From Harriotta raleighana (taxonomy: Eukaryota): a DNA stretch of 64,000 nt. The DNA lies in contig JBNZDD010013724.1 of NCBI GenBank assembly GCA_050575255.1, positions 4,338,407 through 4,402,406 of the forward strand, written 5' to 3'. Shown here piece after piece: positions 38,236-51,835 of this stretch (position 1 is the stretch's first letter; the number at the start of each line of letters is the position of its first letter). The translations under genes and the position numbers were made by a program. Below the pieces are notes generated by a model that did not search any database, had not been told where the DNA came from, and was given only the letters and a program-made list of their open reading frames with translations.

Positions 38236-38359
38236 AATTATTATTAGGCATATAGGGTATGGAGACTTACCCAAGGTTTCGCCGTGATCTGCCTGGATTC
38301 GAAACACAGGTCTCATGGTTTTAAGTTGAGTACACTAACCACTGAGCTACAGGACTCCA
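38236..38359 (-). mobile_element. SINE head fragment
   Basis: ccaaggtttcgccgtgatctgcctggattcgaa..ctaaccactgagctacaggactcc. Confidence 0.8.
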
Positions 38360-40789
38360 AGATTGTTAAGGAACAGAGACCTGAATGATTGCTGAGAAAG
38401 GTGCTTCAATGCTGCTTCATATAATGATTAAAAAATTAAGGTTCCGTCACAAAAATTAAAAGTGAAAGGAATAAACCTTTTATACAATCAACACTAGGCA
38501 ATACAAAAATTACAACACTATGATTTATGTCTGAACTGAAATGAGAAATTAGTCTCCTGAAGTTGGGAGTAGCGAAGTGAGAGGAAAATTCATTTATGAA
38601 TTGGTATTAGATCAGATTGTTCAGAACACGAAAATCTATTTTAAAAATCTGTCTGGTGTGATAGCTATTACCAGAGACAATTATCACATCATACGTCACA
38701 TTTTGGACACTAGTATCACATTTTAAAATTGTCCCTTACTCTGATTTGCAATTGTTTTGTATGTGGTGGAACCCCCTTGAATTGCTCTCAGTGGGGAATT
38801 AAATTGATTAACAGATACCAAAATACCAAATGTTTCGAGCAATATTCAATTTATATTCATGATACCCATTTTGGATCCCATGGCTTGTCTCCATAAGAGC
38901 CAGTTTAACTCTAGGGAGACATTGTTTACCTCCCTAAAAAGCAAAATGTTTGTGGGACATCACTTCAGAAGAATAGTGAAGAGCTCAGCATAAAATGTTA
39001 CCTACCAGTCTGCCTCTGAGCAAGAGTATCAAAGCATAGAACACAGGAGCTCTCAGAAACTCCCAAGAATTAGTCAGCCATCTGTATTAATATTTCAAAC
39101 TCAGATGTAACCATGGATGATATTCTTCTACTTTAAGCAGGAAAAATATGAATAAAGGTGGAATTCAATCCCCTAGCCTTACACTGATGAAGCAATGGTT
39201 AATCCTTTTGAAACGCAGTTTATGTTACTGTATTATATTAGAAATGTTCAATTTCAATTTTAAATGCCCTTAAGAACAATGAAATTGATCGTAAAGAACC
39301 AACTGTAGCCATTCTCTGCTTCCAAACAGTTTGTCACAATCACAGAAGATACACGGTGATATTTCCTGAATGTAATAAAACCCTTGACATTTCACAGGTT
39401 TTCAAGATCTATTTCTGAATAATGCAACAAGAATGATCCCCTACATTCTATGTAGCAGCAGTTCTTTGTTATTACTCATGTCATTGAAACCAACACTGAA
39501 TGAAGTCTCTTAACTGCTGGAGGAGGGCAATTAACTGGCCATGGCTGCATTTTCTCTTATCTCTGACTTTTCTGGGGTATCTGCTTCTGCTTGCAGGCAG
39601 CTGATGTAGAGATGTTTTTGACATTGCACTACATGGGGTTCCTAACAGTACATGGGAGGGAAGTGGAGTATCTAATTGGCAGACTATTTAAGTAAGCCAT
39701 TTATCTATTTATGTAACGACTGAAATTAATTGCCAGTGAACATAGTTGAGACCAGGGCACTGGACTGATTTAAAATAACAGCTCAATGGTATAATGGAAA
39801 GATTGTTGAGTAGGCATTCTGCGAGGATGGGATCAAATAATGTTAGAGGAGAGAGAGGCAAATGCCCACAGGAGACAAATGCAAAGATTCTAAACCTTTA
39901 GCTATCCACCTGGATCTCACTGAGGTGCTCGGTGAAAAGAGCCTGAGGCTGTCCTGTTAGACCTAGGTTGAGCTGTGACATAACAGGGGAGAATATTTGA
40001 GGGAATCCTCAGTGGACAGGACTGTTCTTCATTTGGCTGTAAAACAATGTAGAATTTCCGTGCTTTGCCCTTTCTGCACACTTCCTCTTCCAAGAATTCA
40101 GTGGGAATCAGCTAAAGTTCTGTGTGTCTAACCATCTGTTATGAAATGGATGCTTTTCCTCAGGTGTGTAAAAGGAGTTGCTCCCACCTCTAGGGTCCCC
40201 AACAGACAAATACCAAACCAGCAGTGATTCTTGGCTGATATGGGATCAGTGGGAGTGCTGGGAACAGTTAATTGTACCAGGTGCTAGTGAGGAACCCATT
40301 AGACACACAGAGAGATCCCTGAAAGGGGGGAATCCAGTTCTTTAACGGTCAACTTGTTTATCATGGTCAACAGAAGACGTGACATGTAACTGCCCTATTC
40401 TCAAATACACACACATTTTAGGTTTGACCTGAATCTACTGTTACAACACTTCTCTTCTGAACATGTTTTATTTTTGAGATGGATTGTGTTGGGGAATAGT
40501 AAATCAGTGCAGGAGATGGTGCTGTTTGTCAGGCTATGGCTCAGTTATGGATTGCTTCATTTACAGTAAGCCCTGCGGCGTTTGTGAGCAAGAGAATCAG
40601 CATGAGGGAGAGAACAATACTACCCATGATTATTTTGCTGTGAGAGATGTGCAGGCACTCAGTCCCCAGATCAATGCATACAAATTAGGAGAATTAATAG
40701 AAACAGACAACATAAATAATAATGTACTCTTAGATGGTATTTTCATGTTGTGAAAACTTCTCTGCTTTACAAAGGCTGAAAGAGAGCCT

Positions 40790-41165
40790 GAACTGAGAGG
40801 GAGCTTTGAGGGGCAGGTAGAAGTTGGCCAAAAATGCTGATAAGAAGGTAGGTTTTCGGGTGGAACCTGAAAGCGGATGGGGTAAAAGCGAAGGCAGGAG
40901 GATATCCAGAGGAAGTGGCCAATGTGACTAAAAGTTAATCTGTCTAAGTGGTGATGTAGAGCAAGCGGAGGCATGAAGAATTTGATGACGGTGAGGCAGA
41001 CAACCTGGGGTAGTAGTGTTGTAGGATATTGTAGAGATCGGGTGGGGGGTGCAAAGCCTTGAAAGCTTTTGAACATGAGGATGAAAATCATATTGTTGAT
41101 TTGCTTTGGAATAGGAAGCCAGTAAAGCCATATGAGGATGGAGTAATGGGCTCAAGTTTCTCATG
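40790..41165 (-). mobile_element. Old degenerate L2 fragment
   Basis: Minus strand reads PLLHPHMALLASYSK../ILMFKSFQGFAP, the L2 HWLP..FKIL region. Confidence 0.6.
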
Positions 41166-42744
41166 AGAATGCAACTAACTCAGCTAGACTGACAACTGTC
41201 TCAAAAGGGCAACGTGAGATTGTTCAGAGTCATATTGTGTCTTAACTCAGGCTTTACAACATGCATGGTTATAGCAGCCATCATTGTTTCTCATGCCTTT
41301 AAAGGCTGTCATTACAGATTGCTGTTCTCCATGAAAAAAATGTTTGGCAAATGTAGGAAAATATAGGACAGGAAAAGACCTTTGTAGTCTTTCTGGACAG
41401 TAAAAAAAATCCTACATTGTTCTTTCCCTCAAACCATTCAATCAAAGTTCATTAAAAATAGTGATACATTGCAATTTTTTCTTGAAACCTTTTGTTGCCT
41501 CTGTGGATGGAGAAGAGCCAGAAGAACCATGATTCTTGTCAGAATGATCTGACGTTTAAGTAACGGAGGTATTCAATGGGATTTACATTATCACGTGGTG
41601 TGTTTGCGAGCAAATACAGAAAAAGACCTTGCTAGATGTGTTTTACATGAAGACAGAACCTCTTTAAGGACCTTGTTTGCATGAATCTTGACATTTTCTG
41701 CAAGATAATGATTAATATGCAAAAGGTTAGTCTGTTTCACTTTCCAACAATCACTTCTGAGAAGTTGAAAATAGCATTTCACTAGGAACATTTGGGCATG
41801 TGATGTCTGCATATTAACAACTGTAGTGGCAACAGGATGCACATAGCACATAAATTACCACATAACCTGACCTGAGATATAACAATTTTCTGTCTACACT
41901 CTTTAATCACAAAAAGATATGCTGACATCAGGAGTGGCCCATCTAAATATTGTTTAAACCTGCTTAATATGAGAAGACAGTAAGAAGCAATGACCTGCGT
42001 ATCATTCACTTCTAATTTCAAATATCTGCTACTCCAAGTGAATTCTAGATTGAACACGCAAGTATATCTCCAAAGGACATTTTCATGAGTTTAAAAATGC
42101 AATACAATAGAGAAAAAGCATAAATAATCTCCAGATTGACTGACAAATGCTGGAAACTGATAAATCCTAACTACTGAATATATATTTTGGGAAAAAGTAT
42201 AAAACTTTTGGAGTCCACCATTAAAATGTCTTTAAAACATTCTGGGAATATTTCACTCCTGGCAATTATTAAAATCTTTCAGAATCAAAAACGAGCATTT
42301 GAACAACCTGGTTTCTGAACAGGGGAGAGCCTCTTGTGGCCTGAGGTTGGTAAAATTTTTAATAACTAATCAGGAAAAGGCTGTGTGAAGCATATAATGA
42401 CTTCACAAAGAGCAGTTTAACTAATCCAATGGTACACATCATTCAAAATGGTCTCAGGCAGGAAGACATTATTATCAAAATGGTTATTTGGCAGACAAGA
42501 AAGTTGTATTTCATTTGGGATTATTTTGTTTTGTATTCTTTTGTATTCATGCCAAGACCCAAACCTTGTGTTTTGTTAACCTGTGTGAAATACTCTGGAT
42601 TTAGGTAAGCAGGGTATGTTACTCCAGAGAGAGAGCGCACATTCTATTCCAGACACAGAGAAATCTCATTGCGTGCCATACTTTTATGGAATTTACGTCT
42701 GGTTTAGAAACTGCTGAGCAGTGATGTGTTTTGCCATCAAACAC

Positions 42745-42830
42745 AACAACAAAATTACACTTGTGTAGCGCCTTTCATGTCAGGAGGACGTCCCAAGGAG
42801 TTGGCCAGTCATTGTTTCAGACCTGATACA
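42745..42830 (-). mobile_element. L2 3' tail
   Basis: aacaacaaaattacacttgtgtagcgcctttcatgtcaggaggacgtcccaagg. Confidence 0.78.
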
Positions 42831-42881
42831 CCCGAATGAATAATAATATTTTTTTTCTTTAATGGTTTTATTTCTTATAAT

Positions 42882-43042
42882 ATAATAATAATCCTTGCAT
42901 TTGATATAGTGTTTTTCACATCTTATTTACGTTTCAAAGCACTTCACAGAATATATGTTAAGTGAATTGACTGTATATTTGTGGGAGAAACGCAGCAATG
43001 AATTGCGCACAGCAGTGTGCCACAAACAGTCGTGGATTGAAA
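42882..43042 (-). mobile_element. SINE 3' half
   Basis: aataataatccttgcatttgatatagtg..aattgcgcacagcagtgt. Confidence 0.8.
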
Positions 43043-43055
43043 ATTTCTCATTTAT

Positions 43056-43186
43056 AAAGGGATTAAAGGGTATGTGGATAAGACAGGTAGCTGGAGTTAA
43101 GAGTAGAATAGCAGCCATGATTGAACGGTAGGGCAGGCTCGATGGGCTGAATGGCCTAATCCTTCCTATTTCTTATGTTCTTATGA
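43056..43186 (+). mobile_element. CR1 3'UTR
   Basis: aagggattaaagggtatg..cagccatgattgaacggtagggcaggctcgatgggctgaatggccta..tttcttatgttcttatg. Confidence 0.8.
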
Positions 43187-43393
43187 TTATTTTGATTAAT
43201 ATAATGCATCTTATTTTTAATCTAGAGTAAAATATTCTTTGTCAATTGAAAACTAAGTCTCACTGTGCAGATTAATGATTTAATAAAGGCTCTTCATCAA
43301 AATTCTAGGAGCTCCTGATTGGTAAAGGGTTGTAAGAGAGATGCACGAAGCAGAAGTTGCTCGCATCATCACCACAAAGCCTGGGGAAATAGT

Positions 43394-43700
43394 GGAGTCT
43401 GCAGCTCAGTGGTTAGTGGATTCAACTTGCAAGCAAGAGGTTTGGGTTCAAATCCAGGCAGGGCGAGACATTGAGCAAGTTTCCTTATTCCACATTCCTG
43501 TTATAAACCCTCAAGAAAAACAAACAACAATAATTTGGCGATTCAATCCAAGATTGTTTGTGGGACACTGCTGTGCGCAATTGACTGCTGTGGTTCGCCC
43601 ACAAATATACCGTCAATTCACTTTACATATATTCTGTGAAGCACTTTGAGACATTTGAAGACGTGAAAAGCACTATACCAAAAACAAGGATTATTATTAA
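43394..43700 (+). mobile_element. Full-length tRNA-derived SINE
   Basis: Head ggagtctgcagctcagtggttag..gggttcaaatcc, Deu core and tail. Confidence 0.87.
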
Positions 43701-45056
43701 TAATATTAAAATGTCAGAAGATTCCTGGTTGCTTTGCACTGCCGTGGTGCAGTAAATTTAAAATTGACATCAATATTTTACATTTGTAACAGATAAGAGT
43801 ATGTTCTCAATGTGTGATACGAATATTGCTGAGGTTCAGAAACGACATCCTGGGCTTCAATATTCTTTCCTGCAAATATCTCCACATCTGTAGTTCTCTT
43901 ATTCCATGTCCTATCTCCTCCTAAGATCATGTAGAGTATAAATGAAGCTTTGATTGCAGTATAATGTCCAAACTGCAACAGAAACAATCTCAGAAATGAT
44001 TCACCAACTATGATTAAATGCCTATGTACAGTCAGCCTCAGAAAAGAAAAAGAAATGTGCATTTCTTGATTTCATTCAAAGCGAGTGAAATGAATGCAAA
44101 TGTGTTACAGTATTAATTGTTTCAGTAACTTCCAACTTTATTTTCAAACAACAAAATATTTCTGCCATTGAAACTTTGATTTTCATCCTGCCACTATGCA
44201 TGTGTCAATTAAACTGACAAGTTACCAATCGTCCTTTCTTTGACAAATGGCCCTCTTATTATCATGTTGTAACATGAAGGCTTGTCTCTCATATTAGATC
44301 GAAGAATAAAACTATAATGTCAATCAGAAAAGCCGGCTGGCTTGTGGCACAGAGGCACTAAGCATTGGAACACCACCGAGCGGTAAGATACAGGCTTCAT
44401 TTCTGTACTTTGTAAAATTCCTGCTTTGAGCAATGCTGAGCAACTGGAGCTTATCAATGTCTTCCTGCATGGAGGAAACACATGAAAAATTACATGGTCC
44501 TTGCCATCGGTTTAACAGCATCAGGTTGCAATCATGTGCTTCTCAAACAGCTGGTCAAACAGAGCACGAGCAGAGGTCAAGAAGCAGGCTGTGTGCCCAG
44601 CTACTCACTCTGAGGTGCAGAACTTGGCAGTACCTACAAACACAGTAGGAAGAGAACTTTTCAATTCAGAAATATAATTATGAAACTGGAGGGAAAGGGC
44701 ATCAATTGGATTTGATTTGTGGTGTTCGTAACCATTTCCTTAACAATTAAATCCTGTTTAAAGATCCCTCTGATCTACTGGAACACTAGAGTGAAATTCT
44801 TCAGGGGATTTGAAGTGATATATTTCAAGAGGTAGTCTCCCATTCTTACTACTCAAATCCTTTATTAAAGTATTCCCTTAATAAACTGTAGAGATACCAA
44901 TATTGCCAGGATTAAGGCCATGCTATTTCATATAGTGCACAGTATGTGTTTCTCTGGAAGGATTTTCTTGCTCACAAATGAAAAATTCTGATGAATAAAC
45001 TTTACTATGCAATAAATATAATTTAAGAGTAACAGAACAGCTCTATGGATAGCATA

Positions 45057-45690
45057 GAGAGGAAGACAATATAAGACAAGAATAATAACAATCCTTGGGA
45101 TTCGATATAGTGCCTTTGACCACCACTGGAAAGAACACATGTGTGACTGCTGGGTGAAGATTAGAATGGCCTCAAATGTAATGTCCCAAAGTGGGTGAAG
45201 TTGCCAGCCAGCCTGTGCTTGCTGCTATGTCTTGTTAACCTACTGCTAAAAGCATTAACATGCATTTACAGCAACATCATTGTGACTATCTATCCTTGCC
45301 CCCACCTATCTCTCTGACTTGCTGTCTCCCTTTGAACCTGTCCGCCCACTATGTTCTTCGAGCTCTGGACTGCTCCATGTCCCCTGCCCACCCCACCCTA
45401 CCATCGGTGGACAGGCTTTCAGTCTCTCTGCCCCCACACTCTGCAACTCCATTCCACAGTCCCTTCGCCTCACTCCCTCCCTTGCCTCCTTCAAGGCCAG
45501 TCTAAAGACCCTGCTCTTCGATTGTGCCTTCTGCTGCTCTCCCAACTCTCTTCCTCCCCTCCTAATTCTCTCTCTTCCCTTCCTCCCTACCCTGCCCCTC
45601 TCCCTTGCTCAGGTCCCGACCTGACTGTTCAATACCTTGGGACATCCTCCCGATATGAAAGGTGCTCTATGAATGTAATTTTGTTGTTGC
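45057..45690 (+). mobile_element. Composite unit fused to an L2 3' end, copy 2 (uninterrupted)
   Basis: 45057-45295 matches 26662-26905. The L2 part (ORF 45319-45624, HPTIGGQAFS..SFKASLKTLLFD) ends in the hairpin and ttgttgttg. Confidence 0.82.
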
Positions 45691-46764
45691 TGTGGTGGGA
45701 ATTCCCAATTTTGTTCAACGATATATCTCCACTGTCCTTATCTTTACATAACTTTCAGATCTTAATTGTAGGAAACACTGCAGAATTGCCTAATAAATAA
45801 TGACTATTTGACACTCATCACGAGGGGAAGGGGCACTGTATAACCCTGATCACAGTAGAAAGATAAAACAGGTCTAACCCTCAGCCAAGATAAAACAAAT
45901 AACAGAACTAAAAGGTAATCATTTGTGGTTCATTTCGATGCTCTTTGGCAAACAGATGAACAATACTGAGAGAGCAGGACAAGCAGTAGTGTGGGATGTT
46001 ACCACTACTGCTAATTGTCAAATCACTTAAACATGGGAATATCAGTGGTCAATAGTTATCATGTGTTTCAGGGCTGAAACACACCTTTCCACCCCCCACC
46101 CTACTCCCAGCCCACCCCAACACCACCCAATCCTCCAGTAATACATTATGGTCATTTTCATTCCTTCTTAAAGTTTCAAATAGGTCTTGGATTTAGGTTA
46201 ACCATGTATCATTTAGAAGCATTAACCTGCATTTAAAACCAAATCATTGTATTAAAAAAAATCAGCACTTTTGTGTTGTGATATTTTGATCTGAGCACTG
46301 TGGTCTAAGTACATTTGATATGTTTCTGGATGTGTATCAGTCGCCGAGAACAAATTAGACAAACAATCATATTTAAAAACAACATGCCTAGTGCAAAATC
46401 GTTGCCTATCATATTTAGTTACATGGAGAGTGGCTCAGATTTCACATTCTGGTTCACACATTTCTCCAGCAATTAAATGGTAGATCCATAAAGGAAAATA
46501 TTTATATATTAAAAGTGACTTAGAAAAAGGTAGACAACAGCAGCAAATAAATGGATGTATCAAAATCTCCTTTCCAATAGAGTGAATACATACTCAGACT
46601 GACAGAATCAGAATCTGCATTGAAAAAAAATGTTGACTCTAATAAATCTATTTTTTTCTGCAATAGCTTGCACTGTAGGCTGCACTATCCTCTCACCCCC
46701 TTTCACACCCGGTTCCATTGCTTTCCCATTCCCAGTGAATCAAGTTGGAGATACTTATCATAAC

Positions 46765-46938
46765 CTGCTGTGTGCAATTTGGCTGCCGCGTTTCGCCCAC
46801 AAATATATAGTCAATTTTCCTACTTTCCTTCCCCCGACCCCTACCCCCTGCTCTGATCCCTACTTGACTATTCAGCGCCTTGGGACTTCCTCCCGACGTG
46901 AAAGGCGCTATATAAATGTAATTATTGATTAATTGATA
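46765..46938 (+). mobile_element. SINE fragment, L2-tail-swapped subfamily
   Basis: ctgctgtgtgcaatttggctgccgcgtttcgcccacaaatatatagtcaatt followed by the L2 3'UTR hairpin and an attgatt tail. Confidence 0.78.
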
Positions 46939-48339
46939 ATCTTTAAATCCCTCCGTGGTGTTACGCCAACCTTCCTCTGCAAACTAACCCAATTTTCCAA
47001 CCCAGACATTCTATTCGCTGCCCAGAGCTGATAAATAAATTAAAGTTCTTGTTTGCCCTTTTTAATGCAAAATGGGGAAATCAGCTACAGTAATAGGAAA
47101 GAGTCTGAATTCTAGATTCAAAACGGAGACTGGTAAAACATGGCACTGTGATAAGTAGACTTCATTTTATTTACTGATGCTATTGATATTAACTAATTCT
47201 GCTTTGAACAGATCGTTGGGCATTTGAGAAACTCAGTGAGGATTCTAATTTGAACTAAACTCATTATTATCAGACATGATGCAGCAGGTTTCAATCCACA
47301 CCAGCCCTGGATCATTCCAGGAAATTACTTCAAACTAGCGTTTCCACAGTTGGTAGTCATATTCTCTGATCATGAAATCCTAGCAGGAAGTATTAACACT
47401 AAATTGGAAAAGCTTTCATTACTCAAGGCTAGGGGAGAGGAATGTAATGATAGCACACTTTTGTTCTAACAAACTTTCCACTTGTACAGTTGAAATAGAA
47501 AATTGTACTGTGTTGTGCCTTGAAAAAAAAGAATAAAGGTGATTTTCAATAAGGGCACACACTCCACAGTCACAATTAAGTATTTATAGATTTCCTAGAG
47601 AATTGTAATTGTAATATTCTTTTGACAAGCTCTTTAGACCCTCTTCAAAATTCTAAAAAGGATAGACTTTTCCAACGCTTTCCTCATCAACCTCCTAGCT
47701 ACGTGTTCCCTAAGCTCCAGTTGCTCCATATTCTCTCCCACCGCCACCATCTCCCATTCCCTATCTCCTTGGCTTCTTTCATTCTACCCACGTCTTAGAT
47801 ACCCATCCAGCAGTCAAACTGATCTCCTGATGTGAAAGGTGCTAGAATACATTTTCAATTCTAAATGATGTGATTTTCATTGGACTTCATTTTTGGGAGT
47901 TTTGTTAACATTGCTGCTAGTTATACTGGAAAAGTCATCCCTCCTATCCCATTGTGTGAAATGAAGTGGGCTGCGTAATAAAGATGACTGATAGATCTGC
48001 AGATTGCATTAATATATGCTGGCTTTCAAAGAAAGAACAATGGTGTCTCTATAAACTAAGTGAAATGTTACATTTAATTAGATCTATGAGATAGAAGAAT
48101 TGCTTCAATTTTAAATAAATCTATTTAACTTCAGTAGTATAGTGGCAGGACTCTTGTGTATTAGTGTTGTGAGCAAGGATTGGTTGGTTGGGGCGAGAAA
48201 GAAGTAGGTGTTGTGTCTTGTGATTTCTCCACATAGTCAGTTTAGGATAATCAGATAAACAGAATGTTGAGCAGAGGTAATAATAAAAATCAGCATTTCC
48301 TAGCAAGGAGGAAGGCAAAATTTATCACCTTTGCTGATG

Positions 48340-48585
48340 TTGGGCAAGTTTCCTTACTTCACATGCCTAATAATGAACTGTCCACCCAAAAAAAACAATA
48401 CTAAAATAAATTGGTCATTTCAATCCACGTCTGTTTGTGGAACATGGCTGTGCGCAATTGGCTGCCGTGTTTCGCCCACAAATATACAGTCAATTCACTT
48501 TACAGTATATTCTGTGAAGTGCTTTGAGACATTGCTAAGATGTGAAAAGTGCTATATCAAATGCAGGGATTATTATTATTATTAT
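48340..48585 (+). mobile_element. SINE lacking its head
   Basis: ttgggcaagtttccttact.., Deu core and (ATT)n. Confidence 0.83.
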
Positions 48586-48967
48586 ATTGTATTCCTCCAG
48601 TGGCTCCAAGTCGTTTAGCAGATCAATTTTCTAAATGCTTATTCTGGTCTTGTAATTCTTCCATGATCTTGCCACACACTATTTTTTGCACTTTGCTTCA
48701 ATCCTACTTTCCTGACCCATAATTTCTCTTCTTCCAGTTCTGCAACTTTAATTCCTAAAACCATCGATTTTGTGTGTGTCTTGCATCAACATCTTTAAAT
48801 TTCTCTTTTCCTCGCAAAGCATTCACTCCCCATTTGTTATTTGGTTTTAGACATTCCTTTGCAAAGGTATTATCAAATGCAAGTGTTATTATTAATATTA
48901 GTTTTCAAATTTAACTAGATGTTATCTGTAATCATTTATAGCAGAATAATATAAAATAATAAAATTA

Positions 48968-49190
48968 AAATAATCCTTGCATTTAATATAGGACTTTTCA
49001 CGCTTTCTAGATGTCTGAAAACATAGTAAAAGGAATTGATTGTATATTTGTGGGCAAAACAAGGCAGCCAATTGCACACAGCACAAGCAGTCATGGATTG
49101 AAGTGACCAATTCATTTTTGTTTCTTGAGGGATTATTAACATGCATGTGGATTCAGGAAACTTGTCAAAGGTTTCACCCTGCCAGGAATC
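48968..49190 (-). mobile_element. SINE lacking its head
   Basis: Reverse-orientation copy of the same family. Confidence 0.78.
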
Positions 49191-49349
49191 ACCCTCCACA
49201 AGCAATGTGAGAACACATATTTCTACCTGCAACACACAGCTTTAAGGATAAATCATATACATTTAATCAGGTATGCCACAAAAAAAAATTGCCTTGTGTT
49301 TTTTTTATCCAAAGTGAAGATCTGCGATACCAAATCATTGTTTCATAAG

Positions 49350-49608
49350 ATTGTACAAGAAGATATATCAAGGCAGTAGAAGAACAGGCCATAGTTTTAG
49401 AGTTGCAAAGGGTAATTCTCAGGATAGACACCAGGATGTTTTTGACTGGAACAGGTTAGCAGGAATCGTGGTTAAGTCCAGGATGCTGGACTTGTTTAAG
49501 GCATAGCTTGACGCTGTAATGGGAGTACAGGAATGACATATTCTGGAGGGATGAGACAGATTGGGTCAAAGGACTTTCTTCATCCAAACCAATCTTGTGA
49601 TCTTGTGA
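49350..49608 (+). mobile_element. Degenerate CR1 3' end
   Basis: acaggccatagttttagagttgcaaagggtaattctcaggatagacaccaggatgttttt..tcttgtgatcttgtga. Confidence 0.65.
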
Positions 49609-51329
49609 CTGGAAAAACCCATTGCAGTTCATTGGTCAATCTCCAAGTAAACCAAACTACACAACACAATGTCTCATAAACAAATTCAAAAGGATATCTA
49701 ATTTAGCAAACATAGACTATCAATAATATAGCATGTTTCATTCATTGAACCTATTCTGCCAAATACAGCATATTTTATTATTTAATCTTAAAATGTCATG
49801 TTTCACACACTGAGTTGATCTATATCAAGGTATGTTCCATTATATTAAAGTAAACTACTCCTTGTGACTACTGAAATAATGTTTTTGAATTTATGTGATT
49901 TGTTGTCCAGTGAAGTGCTACCTGTATTTAATATCTATTCAATCTATGAATGTACTTCAAGTATCTTAAATTATCAAGTTTCAGTTATTTAATCTAACAA
50001 AATACCAATTACATATAACCAAACTTTGTGTTTCCTCAGCCTCAAGTATAAAGGATGGAACTGGATGTAAATTAAACTTTCTTTTTTAAAAAAATGTCTA
50101 TCATAGATCTGAAAAGTAAAATTCTGTGACTTAATGGAAGATTATTTGCTGTGGGTGGAGCCTTTTCATTTTTTCCCACACTGTTAACATACAGCTTGTC
50201 TTAAAATATTCCTTTTAGCTACTCAAAAAGCTGGTGTGACCTCTATATACTTGTCTCAGAAATAAAAAGGCTAAATCATTCATGGTACTTTTCAGTTCAG
50301 AGTTAGACAGAGTTGATGTACAGAGATAGACAAAGATGATGAAAGGCAGCACTGATCTTTGATCTTTCCCGGAAATACAAATACTTTATATCTGCAAATG
50401 GAATGGTAGGAAAGATTTACAAATAAAGTGTTTGATTAAAAATCAGCAAGACTATTTCTGCTCACAGTCAGCACTGCGAAAATCAGAAGCAATTGCAGAA
50501 AAAAGATAAATGTGACATTCTCTATCATAAAGTCAAGTAGGAAAACTTTGTGTTAAAAACAATGAATTTAAGGCGGATATTTATTAGAGTGACACAAAAA
50601 CTGCAATTCTCTATTATATCAAATGGAATGCCTGACAATTAAGTAAATATAATGCTTGAGAGAAAAACTGAACAATATACATGTTCAGAAATATATACTG
50701 TATAAGGATTTGAAGGTCTCCAAAATATAAACAGCAGAACATCAAGCGACAGTATAAATGGGTACATTGCATTAATCTCTTGCAAGCATGGTCGGTCAGT
50801 CTGTCTTGTCTCTGGAGTACAAAATGACATAGAATAAAGAAACCATAATTACAATATTTCTGTCACTGTCAATGACTTTGTGACTTTGAATATAACCATG
50901 AGGGCACCATTTTATTTTATGGTTGGTCTGTAGGAACAAACATCTTCTGTTTCTGTAACACAAATTGGATGATGTTTGATGTTGCTCGAGGCTGCCTTTA
51001 TGAACGTACAAAGTTAGAGTAAAATGTACACCATTAAAATATATATTTTAACTCTTTAATATATTTTTAATGAATACAGGAAGTCCTCTATTTATGTTGA
51101 TTGGGGATGTGTCTGTGGAAACGCAATGTTAGGTGAAACAACTGAAAATAAAACCTATTTTACTATTGACTTAATTATATAAATTTAGGATGTTCCTGGG
51201 GTCATTTTTTAGTCAAAATTTGCAGAAAAAAAATTAAATAAGTACCAAAAAAAAACAAAAGCTACCCAACAAGATGTTATTATAAGTTTAAGATAAGTTA
51301 ATACAGTGAGTACAGGCAAACATTTTCCT

Positions 51330-51548
51330 TGTTTTCTCCCCCCTCTCCTACTCTCCTCCACCCTCCCCTGACCCCTCCCTCCCTGCTCGGTTCCCGACCT
51401 AACTGTTCAGGGCCTTGGGACGTCTGTCCTCCTGACGTGAAAGGCGCTCTATCAATGTAACTTTGTTGTTGTTGTTGTGGTATCACCAGAGATTGCATTC
51501 AGAGGCCTGGAATACAAAATACAAGTGTAACTTTGTTGTTGTTGTTGC
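51330..51548 (+). mobile_element. L2 3'UTR with a second tail
   Basis: ggccttgggacgtc..tgacgtgaaaggcgctctat..tgtaactttgttgttgttgttg, with the tail present twice. Confidence 0.8.
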
Positions 51549-51694
51549 TGGTGTGGGAGGAGTTACTCAGACAAAGAGGGCGGACTGTGGAGGTGAAGCC
51601 AAACTCAAGAGCTCTTTTTCTGTCTTCTTTGTTTTCCTTGTCCTGCCTCCCCCTCTCTAACTTGTCCTTAAAAACTTCTCCCTCCCAACATGCC

Positions 51695-51835
51695 CCAGTT
51701 CTGACGAAGGGTTGTGTACCCGAAACATTGACTCACTTTCTTCTAGCCATAGATGCTGCCTGACCTGCTGAGTTTTCCCAGCTCTCTGCTTTTGTTTCAG
51801 ATGTTCAGCATCTGCTCTATTTGGTGTTTTGTTCA
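51695..51835 (+). mobile_element. Penelope-like element terminal repeat with a hammerhead-ribozyme core
   Basis: ctgacgaagggttgtgtacccgaaacattgact..agatgctgcctgacctgctgagttttcccagc is the common chondrichthyan Penelope end. Confidence 0.75.

Noticed and set aside
39184-39220. CTGATGA...GAAAC hammerhead-like spacing
   Set aside because: No convincing stem II or stem I pairing.
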